Positions 1-12,329 of a stretch of 24,669 nucleotides of DNA are shown one piece after another (the first letter of the stretch is position 1; each line of letters opens with the position of its first letter). The notes beneath the pieces are model-generated. The model was not told where the DNA came from, ran no database searches, and saw only the letters and a program-made list of their open reading frames with translations. The stretch comes from an uncultured cyanobacterium (GTDB taxonomy: Bacteria; Cyanobacteriota; Cyanobacteriia; Cyanobacteriales; Microcystaceae): NCBI GenBank assembly GCA_963807635.1, contig CAWEDJ010000003.1:1-24669 (forward strand), given 5' to 3'. Both the position numbers and the translations under genes were made by a program.

Positions 1-422
1 TATTATTCTGAGTATCCGCCATTTAACGGCTAATTTCTTCCGCAAACGTGAAGTGGGAAGGGGAGATAACTCTAACTACCAACAAAGCGAATTCGCAGAT
101 TTTCTTCCATCATCTCTTTTCAATTCTTTCCCCTACACCCGTTCAAACAACGTCATCAAAAATTCCACTTCTTCCAACGGTCTGCCCCAGTTTTCCGTCG
201 AAAAAGCGTAGGCAGTCAGGGGCCGAAATCCCCCAATCATTACAACAGCGCAATAAACTTTTGTAGGGTATTATATCCTCCCACGTGGCCCGATTATACG
301 CGTTGACCTCGACGTTTAGCCCAACGCCCATTGCCATCCATAATGACTGCAATATGGTGCGGTAATCGATTTTGAGCAATATTTGCAGGGAGTTTTGGGG
401 TCACAATGGGTTTAGCGGTGAT
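1..422 (-). CDS. uppS: Isoprenyl transferase / undecaprenyl diphosphate synthase, 5' part, error-ridden mirror copy
   Basis: Reverse complement of 24259..24669. The fragment [13 protein letters not shown] is visible in ORF 143..379; many indels. Confidence 0.85.
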
Positions 423-1343
423 TTCTTACTGTCTTTGGTAGTTGATGAGGGAATTAGAAATAAACGTTTGTAATAAAACTATTACTTTGTAAACCAATTG
501 TACCACCTAGCCGCCCTAAACTCGGCGCAACGGATCTCTTGTTCTACGAACTGCGGTGCATTTTGTTTCGTAATAATTCTTTGAGTTTGCTACTGGTTAG
601 GGGACGATTGAGATTTCCATTTTCTTGCGAGAGTAATCGACCCTGTTTCTTCAGAAACCACCACACAATAGAAAATTTTGTCTTTGTTCTGGTAATTCCC
701 ATCGCCGCTCGGTGACGGATTTTCCGATTGTTAGAAGCAGTTCGTTCTGAGAGGGGCAAAATCACTCCCGCCGCTGACAATCTGTGAACCCCAAATAAAA
801 ACAGCTCCATCATGAAAGAGAGTTTTAGGCTGCCAAATCGTTTGGAGCAATTCCTTTGACACTTCCCCGTTGAGCTTATCTCTTTGGTCGTCAAATAGCT
901 TATGGTCTAACTTTGGGAAGCGTTCTACGACAATCAAAGCCCCAATGCGATTTTGGTAAAGTTCCTTGACCGCATCAACCATTTCATCAATCAGATTATC
1001 GGCTTTGGGGGAAGAGCTTTGGGGCTCTAGGAGTTGTAAAATTTGCCCTCGTCCGAATAATTCCAAAATCGTCGAAATTCAGCCTGAAAAATGACTGCCA
1101 TCGCCATCTGCGGCGCTGTACGAGATTTTTTCTAAGACAAATTTCAAGGAAATCGAGGTGGAGGCGATTCCTCATGACCTGAAGTAACATCAACACGATA
1201 TCACCCCGCATCATCCAGAGAGCACCGATGTTTATCAATAATCAGGAGCATCAGGTACAGCAACGCCAGCACTAAGGGCGTATTTAAAATATTGTGGAAT
1301 AGTGCAGAAAAAAAGAAAGCGTTGGTCAGGAGGAAACCCACAC
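419..1343 (-). CDS. cdaA: Diadenylate cyclase (DisA_N/DAC domain), frameshifted mirror copy
   Basis: Fragments [24 protein letters not shown] and RHRAAMGIT are spread over ORFs 731..1066 and 544..894. Confidence 0.85.
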
Positions 1344-1396
1344 GAGAAAAAAGGCTATGCAAGAAGGAATAATCAACAAATCATAACCGAGACGTT

Positions 1397-2798
1397 CTAC
1401 TCTGAACAGTCTGGCTGGAGGAACCCCAATGAGTCAGATCAAACGTAGGTTTCCCGTTGAAGGAAGAGGTTGGCTTCTCCGTTATTGACTAAAACCGCCG
1501 TATGGGCAAGGATTTGAATCAGAAGCCATACTATAGTTATAGGCTCCCGTATCCATTACCACCAGATTCTCCCGCTTCCGTTTCGGGTAAGGGAGTTTCT
1601 TTGATCAGAATATCCCCTGATTCACAATGGTTTCCTGCAACAGTGACAGTTTTCTTACAGGTGTGCATCGACTTGGTTAAGGCAACCAGATCGCGATTGA
1701 TAGGTGATGGGCCGGGGATTATCTGGAACACCTCCATCTACGGCGATATAGGTACGAATTTCGGGGACAACTTTGTGACTACCAACGGTATAGGGAGTAA
1801 CACAAGCCGTTCCAATCAGCGATCGCCCTGGTGTTCTGCAATAATTTTAGGTAAATCCATCGTCTTTGCTACTTCATAGTTTTTACCACCGATTCAGTCT
1901 CGCTTTCACCCATTCTTCAACGCTCAGGGGGATCATCACTTTCGGTATAACGAATTCAAACCGCCACCAATATTTAATTCCATCAAGGGTAAACCATAGC
2001 TCAATCCTTTTTGGGAACCATTCCACTAAAACCACCCCTGAATCCTGTATGGGGGTTGGCGTTCAAAAATTTGCGAACCAGTATGGGCGTGCAGACCGAC
2101 ACAATTCAAACTGGGTTGTTGATCATGAAAGGTAAATTCGAGTTGATGGAGATCAAAGCCAAATTTACTATCCAGATGTCCTGTGCGGATGTATTTTGTG
2201 GGTATGACATTGGATTCGTCAGGCGTTAGGTGCAACATGATTCGAATTTTTCAGGAGAATTGGCTCCTAATTTAACTAAATTTTGTAATTCTAACCAATT
2301 ATCTTCAGGATAATTGTGCAGCCTGTTGCGATCGGGATTTTAGTTCTTGAACGGATTTATTATTACCGTGAAAATAAATTTTTGCGGCGGCATCGCTATA
2401 TTTCAGTTCGATCGTTTTTCTTAGGGCATTGAGGGTTGTAAACAGTTAGAGACCCGAAACCACATCAAAACCCAGATCTTCGCTGGCAACAACGGCACAA
2501 ACACCGAAACAACTCCAAGCTTTAGACGCATAAATGACTTGAGATTCGCCGGATAATATTTCCGAAAGGAATCCCGATACTGACGGCAAGCTTCCCGCAA
2601 AGTGACTTCATCTAAGATATAAAGCGGTGAACCGAACTGTTCGACCAACTGGGGAACATCACAACCGCCGATTTCTAAGGCATCTTTTTCGTTAATCTTG
2701 GCGGTTAGGGGCAATAAATTCTGATTAGGGGAAGTTGAGGGAGATGAGGTGAAATAATGCTTCCCAGAGAGTTGGGGTCGAGATTCTGTCGATAACAT
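1397..2798 (-). CDS. lysA: Diaminopimelate decarboxylase, frameshifted mirror copy (3' end approximate)
   Basis: Fragments FGSPLYILDE, RTGHLDSKFG, GLHAH.GSQ and HCESGD in ORFs 2421..2804, 2026..2238 and 1537..1737. Confidence 0.88.
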
Positions 2799-2986
2799 AG
2801 TCAATATGGGTCAGATTAGGGAAATCTTGGAATTTGAGTCATAGTTCAATCTAATTGTATCAAGTTGTGGTATTTAGTGTTGATCCGATGATCCTTGGTC
2901 AGGAATTCCCATTTTTAGTCTCGAGGCGATCCTTCTTACACATTAGGAAAACTGCGATCGCCTCTTGATATCAATAGTCCAATCTT

Positions 2987-3649
2987 TTAAAAACTAATCT
3001 GACTCAAAATATACCGCAATCGATCATAATCATCCTTCAACAACAAACTCAAATTTCTTCCCACCGTCACCAACCAAGCGCGATCGCCCTTTCGTAACCG
3101 ATAAATATCCCGAACTGTCGCCGCAATCAACGCATCGGCTGGGGCATCAGTTACCTGTAACAATACCCGCAAAAAATCAGGCTTATCCGTAAAATCCATA
3201 ATTTCTGCCTGATCGCACTGAAAAACCGCTTGATGAATTTGGGGCGGTCGGGGAGGAAGATAATGATAAATTTGCCCCATTGCCAGGCGATTCGCGTCCC
3301 GTCGGTGGCATCTCAAACCCCACGATCGCCGCCCGAAACTCAGTCTTTAACATTGCAAAAATTTGGGGTTGTTGTTCCCGCAGTTCCTCCAACGAAAGAC
3401 CCAACGCCCGCGCCCGATGAATAGAATCAATGGGAGAAGTCGTCACATAACTCACCACCGCAAAAATTTTATTGCCCGTTTCCTCATCGATCGCCTTAAT
3501 CCAACTCCCAAAGGGCGGCATCACAGGAAAATTCAAATCTTCAGGCTCCAAACATTGGGCCAAAAAATTAGTCGTGGACGTTTCAATGACCTCGGCAATG
3601 TGATGGGGATGGCGATCGTCGGCCTAAATTGGGGAAGAGAAGCACGCAT
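2987..3649 (-). CDS. Conserved cyanobacterial HAS-barrel domain protein (~220 aa), frameshifted mirror copy
   Basis: ORFs 3183..3563 and 2987..3316 join into one protein (PPFGSWIK, HRARALGLSLEELREQQPQIF, YLPPRPPQIHQAVF). Family assignment is from recall, not a search. Confidence 0.7.
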
Positions 3650-3657
3650 GGCAATGA

Positions 3658-3861
3658 TTAGGAAACCTTTATTTTTTGCCCTTCACCGTCGGAATCGAGA
3701 GCCGCTAATTCCTTCAGTTGAAATGTCACCAATTTATCCCAATTTCCATTTTCAAAAAGCACAGCCGCCTTACCATCACTCACCCGTTGAACGAGTCCTT
3801 CAAAACAATAGTAAGTATCATTGGGATTAGTCACACGAACCGTTGCACCAGGTAAAATCAT
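3658..3861 (-). CDS. ndhS: NAD(P)H dehydrogenase (NDH-1) subunit S
   Basis: [47 protein letters not shown] matches cyanobacterial NdhS. The true stop may be at 3669-3671 (see findings). Confidence 0.93.
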   Translation of the reverse strand: MILPGATVRVTNPNDTYYCFEGLVQRVSDGKAAVLFENGNWDKLVTFQLKELAALDSDGEGQKIKVS

Positions 3862-3924
3862 GGTTTTATTCCTCAGATAATTGAACTTGTTTTAGCTTAA
3901 CAGGATCTTTGCCGATTGAAACCC

Positions 3925-6592
3925 TTAAAAACGGGATTTAAAAGTATTTTGTTTCCAAAAATCTTCCACCAGGGTATAGAAAACGGGAACCACAATCAAA
4001 CTCAACAGAGAAGAGGTAATCAGACCGCCAATAATCGCTACGGCCATGGGTTGACGCAATTCGGCTCCTGCCCCCAAACCTAAAGCCAGGGGCAACATTC
4101 CCAAAATTGTTGAAGCGGTGGTCATCAAAATCGGGCGTAATCGGACGACTCCTGTTTCTAACAGGGCATCATGACGGTTAAATCCTTTTTTGCGGAGTTG
4201 GTTGGCGTAATCAATCAATAAAATCGCATTTTTATCCAATAATCCCAACAAAAAAATCAGTCCAATCAAGGAAATCATGCCAAAATCGCTTTGGGTAATC
4301 AATAAACCTAACATGGCTCCGACGATGGAAAGGGGCAAGGAAAGGGCATAACAAGGGGTTCCAAGAAACTTCTGAAAAGTAAGACTAGGATCAACAAGCA
4401 TTCCCCCCAAAGAAAGCAGGAGGGCGATCGCAAACTCAGTAAAAACTTGACCGATTCTGGCGGAATCTCCCTGGAGTTCAAGACTGACTCCCGTTGGTAA
4501 GAGGGATTGGGCTAGGCTCTCGACCTCGGTGGTGATTTCTCCCAGGGTATAGTTGGGGGCGAGATTGGCACTGAGATAAACTGCTCTTTTTCCCTTGAAA
4601 TGTTCAATACTATCGCCATTTTCCGTGATGCCTGTGAGTTTGATTTGAATTAAACCAGGGATTTTTTCGACTTTGGTTTTTAATTTTTCCGCCGTTGTTT
4701 GTAAAAGGTTTAGATCCTCGCCCATTAATGCCACTTTTAAGGGACTATCATCCCCTGTTTGCACAAATAAAATATCTTCCACACTGGTCGTCACCTTGGG
4801 AAGTTTCGGTAAGGATTGACGTAAATTTTCTTGGATTTGGCTAGTTTTGAGTACCCGATCGCCCTTGAGTTGGACATAGATTTTGCCTTTGAGGGGATTG
4901 CCTTGTGGTCCCGCGATCGTAAAAATGGACTGAGTTTCGGGTAGGGCTAAAATCGTCGGCTCTAGTTTTTCGGCAGTGCGATGAGTCCTCCTTAACAAAA
5001 AGCCTTCGGGAGATTGGGCAATATCACCAACCCAATCAAAGGCTCCAGAACTTTCCGTAGCGTTTTTTTCAGCTTGAGGTTTGAATTTTCCCGCGAGGTT
5101 AGGCAATGCGGGCGTGTAGATGACATTAAATTCTCCTCGGTCTAAAACAGGAATAAAACCCTGGGGAATGAGGGGAATTAGGGCCAGTCCTGCGATTAAA
5201 CTAGCGATCGCGATTCCTATAACCGTCGGACGATGGCGCAATGACCAATCTAAGACCTGACGATAGAGCGTTTGGCATTTCGATGAGTAGTGCGTAACCT
5301 TTGAATTAAAACTTTTTTCAGAAGAAGGCTGATCTTTTTTTCGTAACCACAAGACCGATAAAACTGGGGAAAGTGTCCGTGCCACCAACAGAGAAAAAAT
5401 CACCGCACTGGCGACCGTAAAGGCAAAGGGTTTAAAAAATTGCCCTAAACTGCCCCCCATCAAGGCGATCGGCAAAAATACGGCAACAATCGATAAACTG
5501 GTCGCCGAAACCGTTAATCCGATCTCTTCGGTGGCCAGGATCGCGGCTTGGCGGGGCGTTTCTCCTGCTTCGATGTGACGGCTAATATTTTCTACATCCA
5601 CGATCGCATCATCCACCACAATGCCAATCACCAGGGCGAGGGCCAATAGGGTTAACGTTTCCAGATTTAAACCCAAAATTGCCATCACAATAAACGTTCC
5701 CAAGAGAGACAGGGGAATGGCGATCGCGGTAATCAGGGTCGCCCACCAACTCCGTAAAAAGGGATAAATCACTAAAACTGCTAAAAAAATCGCCCCAAAC
5801 AACGATTCAAGGGTGGCATTCGTCGCTTCTCGAATATAGTCCGCCTGGGTTTCGGCTAGGGTAAACTGAATGGCTGGAAATTGATTTTGTAAAGTTTCAA
5901 TGGTTTTTTGGGCAGATTTCACCACTTCTAGGGTATTGGCCGATCCTTTTTTGATTACCTGAACCGCTAGGACATCTTTGCCATTCAAACGGGTGAGGGT
6001 AGGAGGATTGGCATCGGGGACGCTTGCATCGGATATTTCCCTAAAATCGGCATCTCCTAACAAATTGACGGTCAAAACGCCCGATAATTGACTAAGAGCG
6101 GGAATAATTTTCGTTTTAGCAAGCTGACTGAGTTCTTCTAAGGATTGGGTCGAAGGTGCGATCGCGTAGGTAACGGCACTGGATTCATTGAGATTGAAGG
6201 GAAAAATTTCAATTTTGGCTCCAGCAGGTAAGGGGAGAGATTTGAGAGCTTTTTTAACGGTTTCTGTTGAACTTTCGAGATTTAAACCCGCATCAAAGGC
6301 AATACTGAGGACTGATCGCCCTGCATAGGTAGAGGAATAGAGGGTGGTTTGTGGTAACGGTTGCAGTCGTTTTTCTAGCGGTACGGTGAGTTGAGTTTCT
6401 GTTAGTTCTGCTGTTTCTAGGGCAATTGTTCCATTGACAATGACGACGGGAAAGGTGACTTCAGGAAAGAGGGCGTATTTGAGAGAACTTAAGGCCGAAT
6501 AAACCCGCAACGGCGATCGCTAACCAGAAGCCAATGGTCAGCCAGGAATGATTAATGGCCCAACGAGAGAGGTTGTAGCGATTTTCTTTCAT
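3925..6592 (-). CDS. AcrB/AcrD/AcrF-family RND permease, short form (~890 aa)
   Basis: ORF 3925..6510 plus the N-terminus MKENRYNLSRWAI from the ATG at 6592 (1-nt error near 6495). Motifs GIVVDDAIVDVENI, KNAILLID and RLRPILMT are present. Confidence 0.93.
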
Positions 6593-6751
6593 TTGACCAA
6601 GATTAACGGTTTCTGGGAAAGGTTAAGGAGAATGAGTGCGATCATAACCGATCCTGGGCTTAGGAGAGCGTCAAAAATAGTCCTATGAAAATAATCCATT
6701 GGGATGTGAGGGCAAATTCGGATTGGTAGATTGATTCAATTTGCCGAATTT

Positions 6752-7723
6752 TTAAGAGTTATGCTTGAAGCTATCCACTTTTTCCAAGGCTTGAATTAAC
6801 GGATCATTTTGAGCATCAGAGCCAATCACCGATCGCATTCCTTCGAGGGTGGAGGCAATACTGCGGGGATCCATGAACAGGACTTTACTGCTTTCACTGC
6901 GCCCAATGGTTGTTCCCATATCGAGATAATTTTGAGCGAGTAAAAATTGTAGGGCTTCCTTGGCTTTGTTATCCGTGCTTAATTTTTCGGTAATGATATT
7001 AATGGCTAACGCGATCGCTTCCGCCTTGAGAATTTGTTGCTGACGTTCTGCTTCTGCTTTCAGAATTGCCGATTTTTTCATCGCTTCTGCATCTAAAATA
7101 CTGGCTTGGGCCTGACCCTGGGCGGAATTAATAGCAGAGTCTCGTTCTCCTTCCGAAGTTAAAATGGCGGCTCGTTTTTTGCGTTCTGCGGTCATTTGCA
7201 GTTCCATTGATTCTAAAACGGCTTTAGAGGGCAAAATATCTCGTAGTTCTACCCGCGTCACTTTTACGCCCCAGGGATCGGTTGCCACATCTAAATCTCG
7301 CAGGAGGATTTCATTGATTTCAGAACGGGCGGTAAAGGTTTGATCGAGTTCCAATTGACCAACTTCAGAGCGAATTTGCGTTAAAACAAGGTTGACCATC
7401 GCCGCTTGCAGATTTTCAACCTTATAGTAGGCTTTTTCCATATCAACTATGCGCCAATAAACAACGGCATCGACCGTGATGGAAACATTGTCTTTGGTAA
7501 TACAGGATTGAGGGGGAATATCCAGGACTTTTTCGCGGGTGGTTTGCTGATAAACGACTTTATCTAAAAAGGGAAAAACAAAATTTAAACCTGGCTCTAA
7601 TTTTTTGTTATAACTTCCTAATCTTTCGACCAAATATTCATTTTTTTCATTGACAATTTTAACGGAACTAAACAGAGCTGAACCACCAAAGGCTAAGGCA
7701 AATAAAAAGAATACACCTTCCAT
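6752..7723 (-). CDS. SPFH/band-7 stomatin-like membrane protein (323 aa, intact copy)
   Basis: N-terminal TM segment, [31 protein letters not shown], and the coiled-coil [20 protein letters not shown]. Confidence 0.95.
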   Translation of the reverse strand: MEGVFFLFALAFGGSALFSSVKIVNEKNEYLVERLGSYNKKLEPGLNFVFPFLDKVVYQQTTREKVLDIPPQSCITKDNVSITVDAVVYWRIVDMEKAYYKVENLQAAMVNLVLTQIRSEVGQLELDQTFTARSEINEILLRDLDVATDPWGVKVTRVELRDILPSKAVLESMELQMTAERKKRAAILTSEGERDSAINSAQGQAQASILDAEAMKKSAILKAEAERQQQILKAEAIALAINIITEKLSTDNKAKEALQFLLAQNYLDMGTTIGRSESSKVLFMDPRSIASTLEGMRSVIGSDAQNDPLIQALEKVDSFKHNS

Positions 7724-7797
7724 AAAATCTCCAGATTTTTAGATAAATACTAATCACTAATGTTAACTAATGGGCAAAGCTTAAACTCATTCATCGA

Positions 7798-8217
7798 TTA
7801 ATCAAGTATCGGATAAACAATTAAGGTATTGCCTTTTCTTCCGACTACATAGACTTTTTGGGAAGCGGCAATCGTAACCTCTTGATCTTCACATTCGGCT
7901 CTCCAGGAATTTCCTTCATACAAGACTCTCCCCGTTTGTCCTGGCTCAATGGCAGTCAGGGTTTCTCCTGCGATCGCGTCATTTTGTTTAAGTTTCGTTG
8001 AACGAACAGGCATAAATCGACGGGAAACAATGATCAGGAGCGTTGAAAAGAATAACCACAGCGTAACTTGTATCCCAAAGCTGGGAATGACTAAGGCAAT
8101 TAAGGCCACTGCGATCGCGCTTATGCCCATCATCAAAGCAACAAAAGCAACAGGAAAAACCGCTTCCGTAAAGCAGAGGACAGATCCAGCAATGATCCAA
8201 AGTAAAACAGGATTCAT
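7798..8217 (-). CDS. Short NfeD-like protein (stomatin operon partner)
   Basis: Hydrophobic N-terminal half, then an OB-fold-like GRVLYEGNSWRA...VYVVGRKGNTLIV; lies directly upstream of the SPFH gene. Confidence 0.9.
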   Translation of the reverse strand: MNPVLLWIIAGSVLCFTEAVFPVAFVALMMGISAIAVALIALVIPSFGIQVTLWLFFSTLLIIVSRRFMPVRSTKLKQNDAIAGETLTAIEPGQTGRVLYEGNSWRAECEDQEVTIAASQKVYVVGRKGNTLIVYPILD

Positions 8218-8469
8218 GGTTGCGATGGGGAGTTTATCCTTAAAGAATGAATAACAAACTTTTTTGCTATTTAAGCCTATCTTAGCTCAACAAATCGGAA
8301 TAAAGCTTGTTTGATTAAGCTTTGTAATAGTTCTAAAAAATTTACTTAAATTGACAATTTTTAATATTTTTTTAATAAATGTGTCCTGTATATCATTTCG
8401 ATTCTAGGAATCTAGGTTATGGTGTAGGAGTAAGTGCATTAAAAGTTTTCGAGAGAGAGAGGAATAGAA

Positions 8470-8671
8470 ATGACCACTGCTACCCTAATTGCCGACGCCG
8501 CGTCCACGATGATTGGTCGGTTTGGGAAAGCCTCAAGCAAGCGATCTCCAGCAGTTCTGGTTTTAAATGTTGGCAAGAAGAACAAACGCCTGAAAGCACT
8601 GATTTTTCCCGCTCCCTGGATTTTCAATGCGTCACTACCTACGACAGACCCTTGAAACCCTAGCCTACTGA
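8470..8671 (+). CDS. Small conserved cyanobacterial hypothetical protein, frameshifted mirror copy
   Basis: Mirror of 15966..16169; SD-like AGGA upstream of the ATG at 8470. Confidence 0.65.
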
Positions 8672-8692
8672 GTTTTTTAGATGTTTTTGCTC

Positions 8693-8725
8693 AATTCCTT
8701 GTATTTCTAGCAAGGAATTTTTTTT
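8693..8725 (+). terminator. Probable intrinsic terminator of the small hypothetical gene
   Basis: Stem AATTCCTTG / CAAGGAATT followed by a T run, about 20 nt after the stop. Confidence 0.65.
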
Positions 8726-8755
8726 GAATAGGGGCAATTCATGAATTACCTCTAC

Positions 8756-9581
8756 TTAACCAAAACGTCCCGCTACATAATCACGGTTTTGTAAATCGGT
8801 CGGATCGGTAAAAATTTTCTCGGTTGTGTCAAATTCCACGAGTTGCCCAATACGACTTTCATCAGCATTAAAAAAGGCCGTATAGTCCGATACCCGTGAA
8901 GCTTGCTGCATATTGTGGGTCACGATCGCGATCGTTAATTGACTTTTGAGGGTTTTAATTAACTCTTCAACCTTGAGAGTAGAAATGGGATCGAGGGCAG
9001 AACAGGGTTCATCCATCAACAAAACCTGGGCTTAACGGCAAACGCACGGGCGATACAGAGTCGTTGCTGCTCCGATAAACCCAAAGCCGATTTATGCAGA
9101 CTATCTTTGACCTCATTCCAGAGAGCCGCCCGCTCAGGGCAGATTCCCACAATTTCATCAAGTTCTCCCCTATTTTTATTCTCGGCAATTCTCACGCCGT
9201 AAGCCACATTATCGTAAATACTGGCGGGAAAGGGATTTGGACGTTGAAAAACCATGCCAATTTGACGACGTAGGGTATTTAAGTTAACCTTTTTTCCGTA
9301 AATATCCTGACCCAAAAATTCGACTTTTCCCGTTACTTTGACACTTGCTTCTAATTCTCCAATCCGATTCAGAGCTTTTAATAGGGTGGATTTACCACAA
9401 CCAGAAGGGCCAATCATGGCGGTGACTTGTTGTTGGGGAATGAGCAAGGAGACTCCTTCTAAAACTTTTTTAGTCCCATAGAAAAAGGATAAACCCGTAA
9501 TATTAATAGCGGGTTCGGGACTATTAAGGGGATTATTAAGTAGACTTTTGAACTGGTAGAATAGGATGATGAAGAAACCAT
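8756..9581 (-). CDS. pstB: Phosphate ABC transporter ATPase, frameshifted mirror copy
   Basis: ORFs 9016..9447 and 8756..9022 carry GPSGCGKST and [10 protein letters not shown]. Confidence 0.92.
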
Positions 9582-9593
9582 AGTAGCTTGTAA

Positions 9594-10482
9594 TTAACGA
9601 GTTTGTAAACGATTACGGGTAAATAAACGGGATAGTAAACTAATGACTAACACTAATAACAATAAAACTAAAGATGCTGTCCAGGCGATCGCGTTTTGTT
9701 CGGGAAAAGGGGAACTGGCGTATTGATAAATTAAAACCGGCAGAGAAGGAGTGGGACTCATCAAACCCTCTTGCCAAAACTGACTAAATAGGGCGGTAAA
9801 CATCAAAGGAGCCGTTTCTCCCGCCGCACGAGCAACTGCCGGTCAACCCCCTGTTGTAATTCCCGACAGGGCAGCAGGTAAAATAATTTTAAAAGTCGTT
9901 TGAAATTTCGTTCCCCCCAACGCAGCAGATCCCATACGATAGGGAACAGGAACGAGTTTCAGAGCTTCTTCGTGGTGAGAGAAACAATGGGTAACATGAT
10001 CACCGCCAAAGCAAATCCCCCCGCGATCGCGGAAAATTGCTTAGTGGTAATCACCAGAACGGCGTAGGCAAAAACTCCCACAATCACCGAAGGGACACTA
10101 CTTAGTAATACCGTCATAAAACGAATAGCATTAGCAATTTTGGAACCTGCCGCAAATTCCGACAGAAAGATCCCCGTCATCACTCCAAATGGCACACTGA
10201 CCAAGGCCGCTAAACCCACCATCGTTAAGGTTCCAACGGAATCACATTAGCAAAACCATTGGGCTGATTTTCTTCACCTATTGCGGCAGGAAGAGAGGTA
10301 AAAACTTCCCAGGAAAATTTGGGCAATCCCTGACTCACAATGGACAAAATCATGGCAAACAAGGGTAAAACCGCGATCGCCGTTAAAACAAACGCCAAAA
10401 CCGTCATGCCGATAGCAAAAAAAGAACGGGTAAAGGGTAAGGGCTGATCGAGGGTTTCATTGGTTGGTCGTAGATTATTCAT
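9594..10482 (-). CDS. pstA: Phosphate ABC transporter permease PstA, frameshifted mirror copy
   Basis: Three fragments match the intact 14148..15035 protein. Confidence 0.92.
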
Positions 10483-10508
10483 AGAGATGTCTTGCTATTT
10501 AAAGCAAT

Positions 10509-11486
10509 TTAGGCAATATTTCGCTTTCTATTGATAAATTGAACTAATAAAATCGCAATACTATTCACGATTAGGGTAATCACAAAAAGGATCAAAGCTA
10601 GGTACATTAACGCACCAATATGTAATTCTTCAACGGCTTCGGCGAACTGATTGGCTAAAACGGCGGGAATCGTGTAACCAGGAGCTAATAAAGAAATCGC
10701 AATCACATTAGAATTGCCAATTACCATTGTTACAGCCATTGTTTCGCCCAAGGCACGCCCTAATCCCAAAATAATGGCTCCCACAATTCCTGAACTAGCC
10801 GCAGGTAACAAGACTCTCCAAATCGTTTCCCAACGAGTGGCTCCAAGGACATAGACGCACTGCGTAACTGAGGCGGAAATCGCCAGTAATACATCTCGGC
10901 TAATGGCGGCGATCGTGGGCAAAATCATGATCGCTAAGATCAAACCCGCAATCAGCATTGATGGGCCAAAGGGTTCGGAATTAAAAAAGGGTAACCAGGC
11001 GAAATGGGCAAATAACCATTTTTGTAGAGGATTGAATAAAGGAATAAAAACAAAAATACCCCATAACCCGACAATAACGCTGGGAATAGAGGCAATTAAT
11101 TCCACCATGAAGCCAATGGGTGTTTTGATCCAATTAGGAAGCAGGTTTTCACTGGTAAGAATAGCAACGGATAATCCCAAGGGAACCGAAAAGATCAGCG
11201 CAATTAAAGAACTGACAATAGAGCCGTAAATATAGGGAAGACCACCGAATTTATTTTCTGATATTGTCCAATCTTGACTAAAAAAGAAGGATAAACCAAA
11301 GGTTTTAATAGCTGGATGGGCATCTTGAAAAACAACCCAACCTAGCCAACAAAGAATAATCGCAACGGATAATGCACAAAACCAAACTAAGCCTGTAAAA
11401 GCATGGTCAAACCAATCAGCATTACCTCTGCTTTGACTAATATCTTCCGTCTCAAGTTGGGGTTTCGGTAGTACCTGATTAACCAT
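10509..11486 (-). CDS. pstC: Phosphate ABC transporter permease PstC (325 aa; short compensated frame slip near 10850-10880)
   Basis: VELIASIPSVIVGLWG, GLGRALGETMAVTMVIGN, ANQFAEA. Confidence 0.95.
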   Translation of the reverse strand: MVNQVLPKPQLETEDISQSRGNADWFDHAFTGLVWFCALSVAIILCWLGWVVFQDAHPAIKTFGLSFFFSQDWTISENKFGGLPYIYGSIVSSLIALIFSVPLGLSVAILTSENLLPNWIKTPIGFMVELIASIPSVIVGLWGIFVFIPLFNPLQKWLFAHFAWLPFFNSEPFGPSMLIAGLILAIMILPTIAAISRDVLLAISASVTQCVYVLGATRWETIWRVLLPAASSGIVGAIILGLGRALGETMAVTMVIGNSNVIAISLLAPGYTIPAVLANQFAEAVEELHIGALMYLALILFVITLIVNSIAILLVQFINRKRNIA

Positions 11487-11597
11487 TTTAGGGTTTAGAT
11501 TTTAAATAAATAATGCTTGAAGATTTTATGAAATTAAATCTCTCTGTTCTAAAGATCTGTTTTCACAGAATTCTTTTTTTCTATCTTTGAGCGTTTT

Positions 11598-11743
11598 GAT
11601 CACCCCTACCCCCCTTGATAAGGGGGACTAGATTCTTATTAATAACTTAGTCCCTCTTTAAGGGAGATGCCGTAGGCAGGGGGATCAAGCTTTTAGGGAT
11701 GCAAAGAGATTGGTGTACACAGTCTCTCTTGATAAGGGGGACT
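11598..11743. repeat. REP-like palindromic repeat cluster between pstS and pstC (mirror copy)
   Basis: CCCCCCTTGATAAGGGGGACT, AGTCCCTCTTTAAGGGAGA and AGTCTCTCTTGATAAGGGGGACT. Confidence 0.75.
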
Positions 11744-11778
11744 TTCAAACGACTTGAGCGGTTAATAAGTCCAGATAA

Positions 11779-12329
11779 TTATTTGATTTTATCCACTGCC
11801 CCGATCGCCTTTTAGCGACACCTGGGGGAATGGCGGTATATTCGAGATCGTCGTTGATTTTTTGACCATCCGTCAGAATCCATTTAACGAGCTTTTTGAC
11901 ATCAGCCGCTTTTGCAGAATCTTTATATTTTTGATTCAATAATAACCAAGTAATTCCTACGATGGGATAACCTTTTGCAGGATCAGAAACCTCAGCTGTA
12001 AAGTCTGAATTAAACTTCACACCACCAATGGCATTATTGGCTTCTTTTAAGCTAGGTTCAACGAATTTACCTGCTTTATTTTGAATTTTAGCCGTTTGCA
12101 TCGTTGGGCCTTCATTCTTACGGGCATAGGTATCTTGGACATAGCCGATCGCGCCATCGGTTTGTTTAACGAGAGCCGCGACACCGTCATTTTTAGGGCC
12201 TTTTAATACTTGAAAACCCCAATTAGGATCTTTGCTGGCTCCCACTTTACTCTTGAAAGCAGGACTAGCCGCCGCTAAATGACTGGTAAAAATTTCGGTG
12301 GTTCCACTACCATCTGCCCGAACAACCAC
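11779..12329 (-). CDS. pstS: Phosphate-binding protein PstS, C-terminal part (5' end absent because of the fold-back)
   Basis: VVRADGSGTTEIFT, GPKNDGV, GAIGYV and YPIVGITWLL. One base missing in a homopolymer near 11810 shifts the last codons. Confidence 0.93.
12304..12323. other. 20-nt non-palindromic spacer (fold-back loop), the only single-copy sequence in the window
   Basis: CCACTACCATCTGCCCGAAC; on the minus strand it is in-frame pstS sequence (V-R-A-D-G-S-G). Confidence 0.95.

Larger units (their letters stand above)
2..12303. repeat. Left arm of a window-spanning inverted repeat (reverse complement of 12324..24669)
   Basis: The start ATTATTCTGAGTATCCGCCATT is the reverse complement of the window end AATGGCGGATACTCAGAATAAT. 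Every gene occurs mirrored, and pairing runs inward to ...TTTCGGTGGTT(12303). Confidence 0.99.

Noticed and set aside
48..3830. Plus-strand ORFs 48..266, 1502..1879, 1866..2135, 2011..2229, 3230..3424 and 3363..3830 (and their mirrored equivalents)
   Set aside because: They are antisense shadows of uppS, lysA, the HAS-barrel gene and ndhS, with no recognisable motifs.
7949..8254. 101-aa ORF antisense to nfeD and the 70-aa Cys-rich alternative-frame ORF, each seen in both arms
   Set aside because: Their recurrence is due only to the palindrome, and both lie largely or wholly over a well-supported gene.
12298..12323. Novel N-terminus MVPLPSART on the plus-strand PstS ORF
   Set aside because: It is the antisense reading of pstS across the fold-back loop, i.e. 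a chimeric ORF start.
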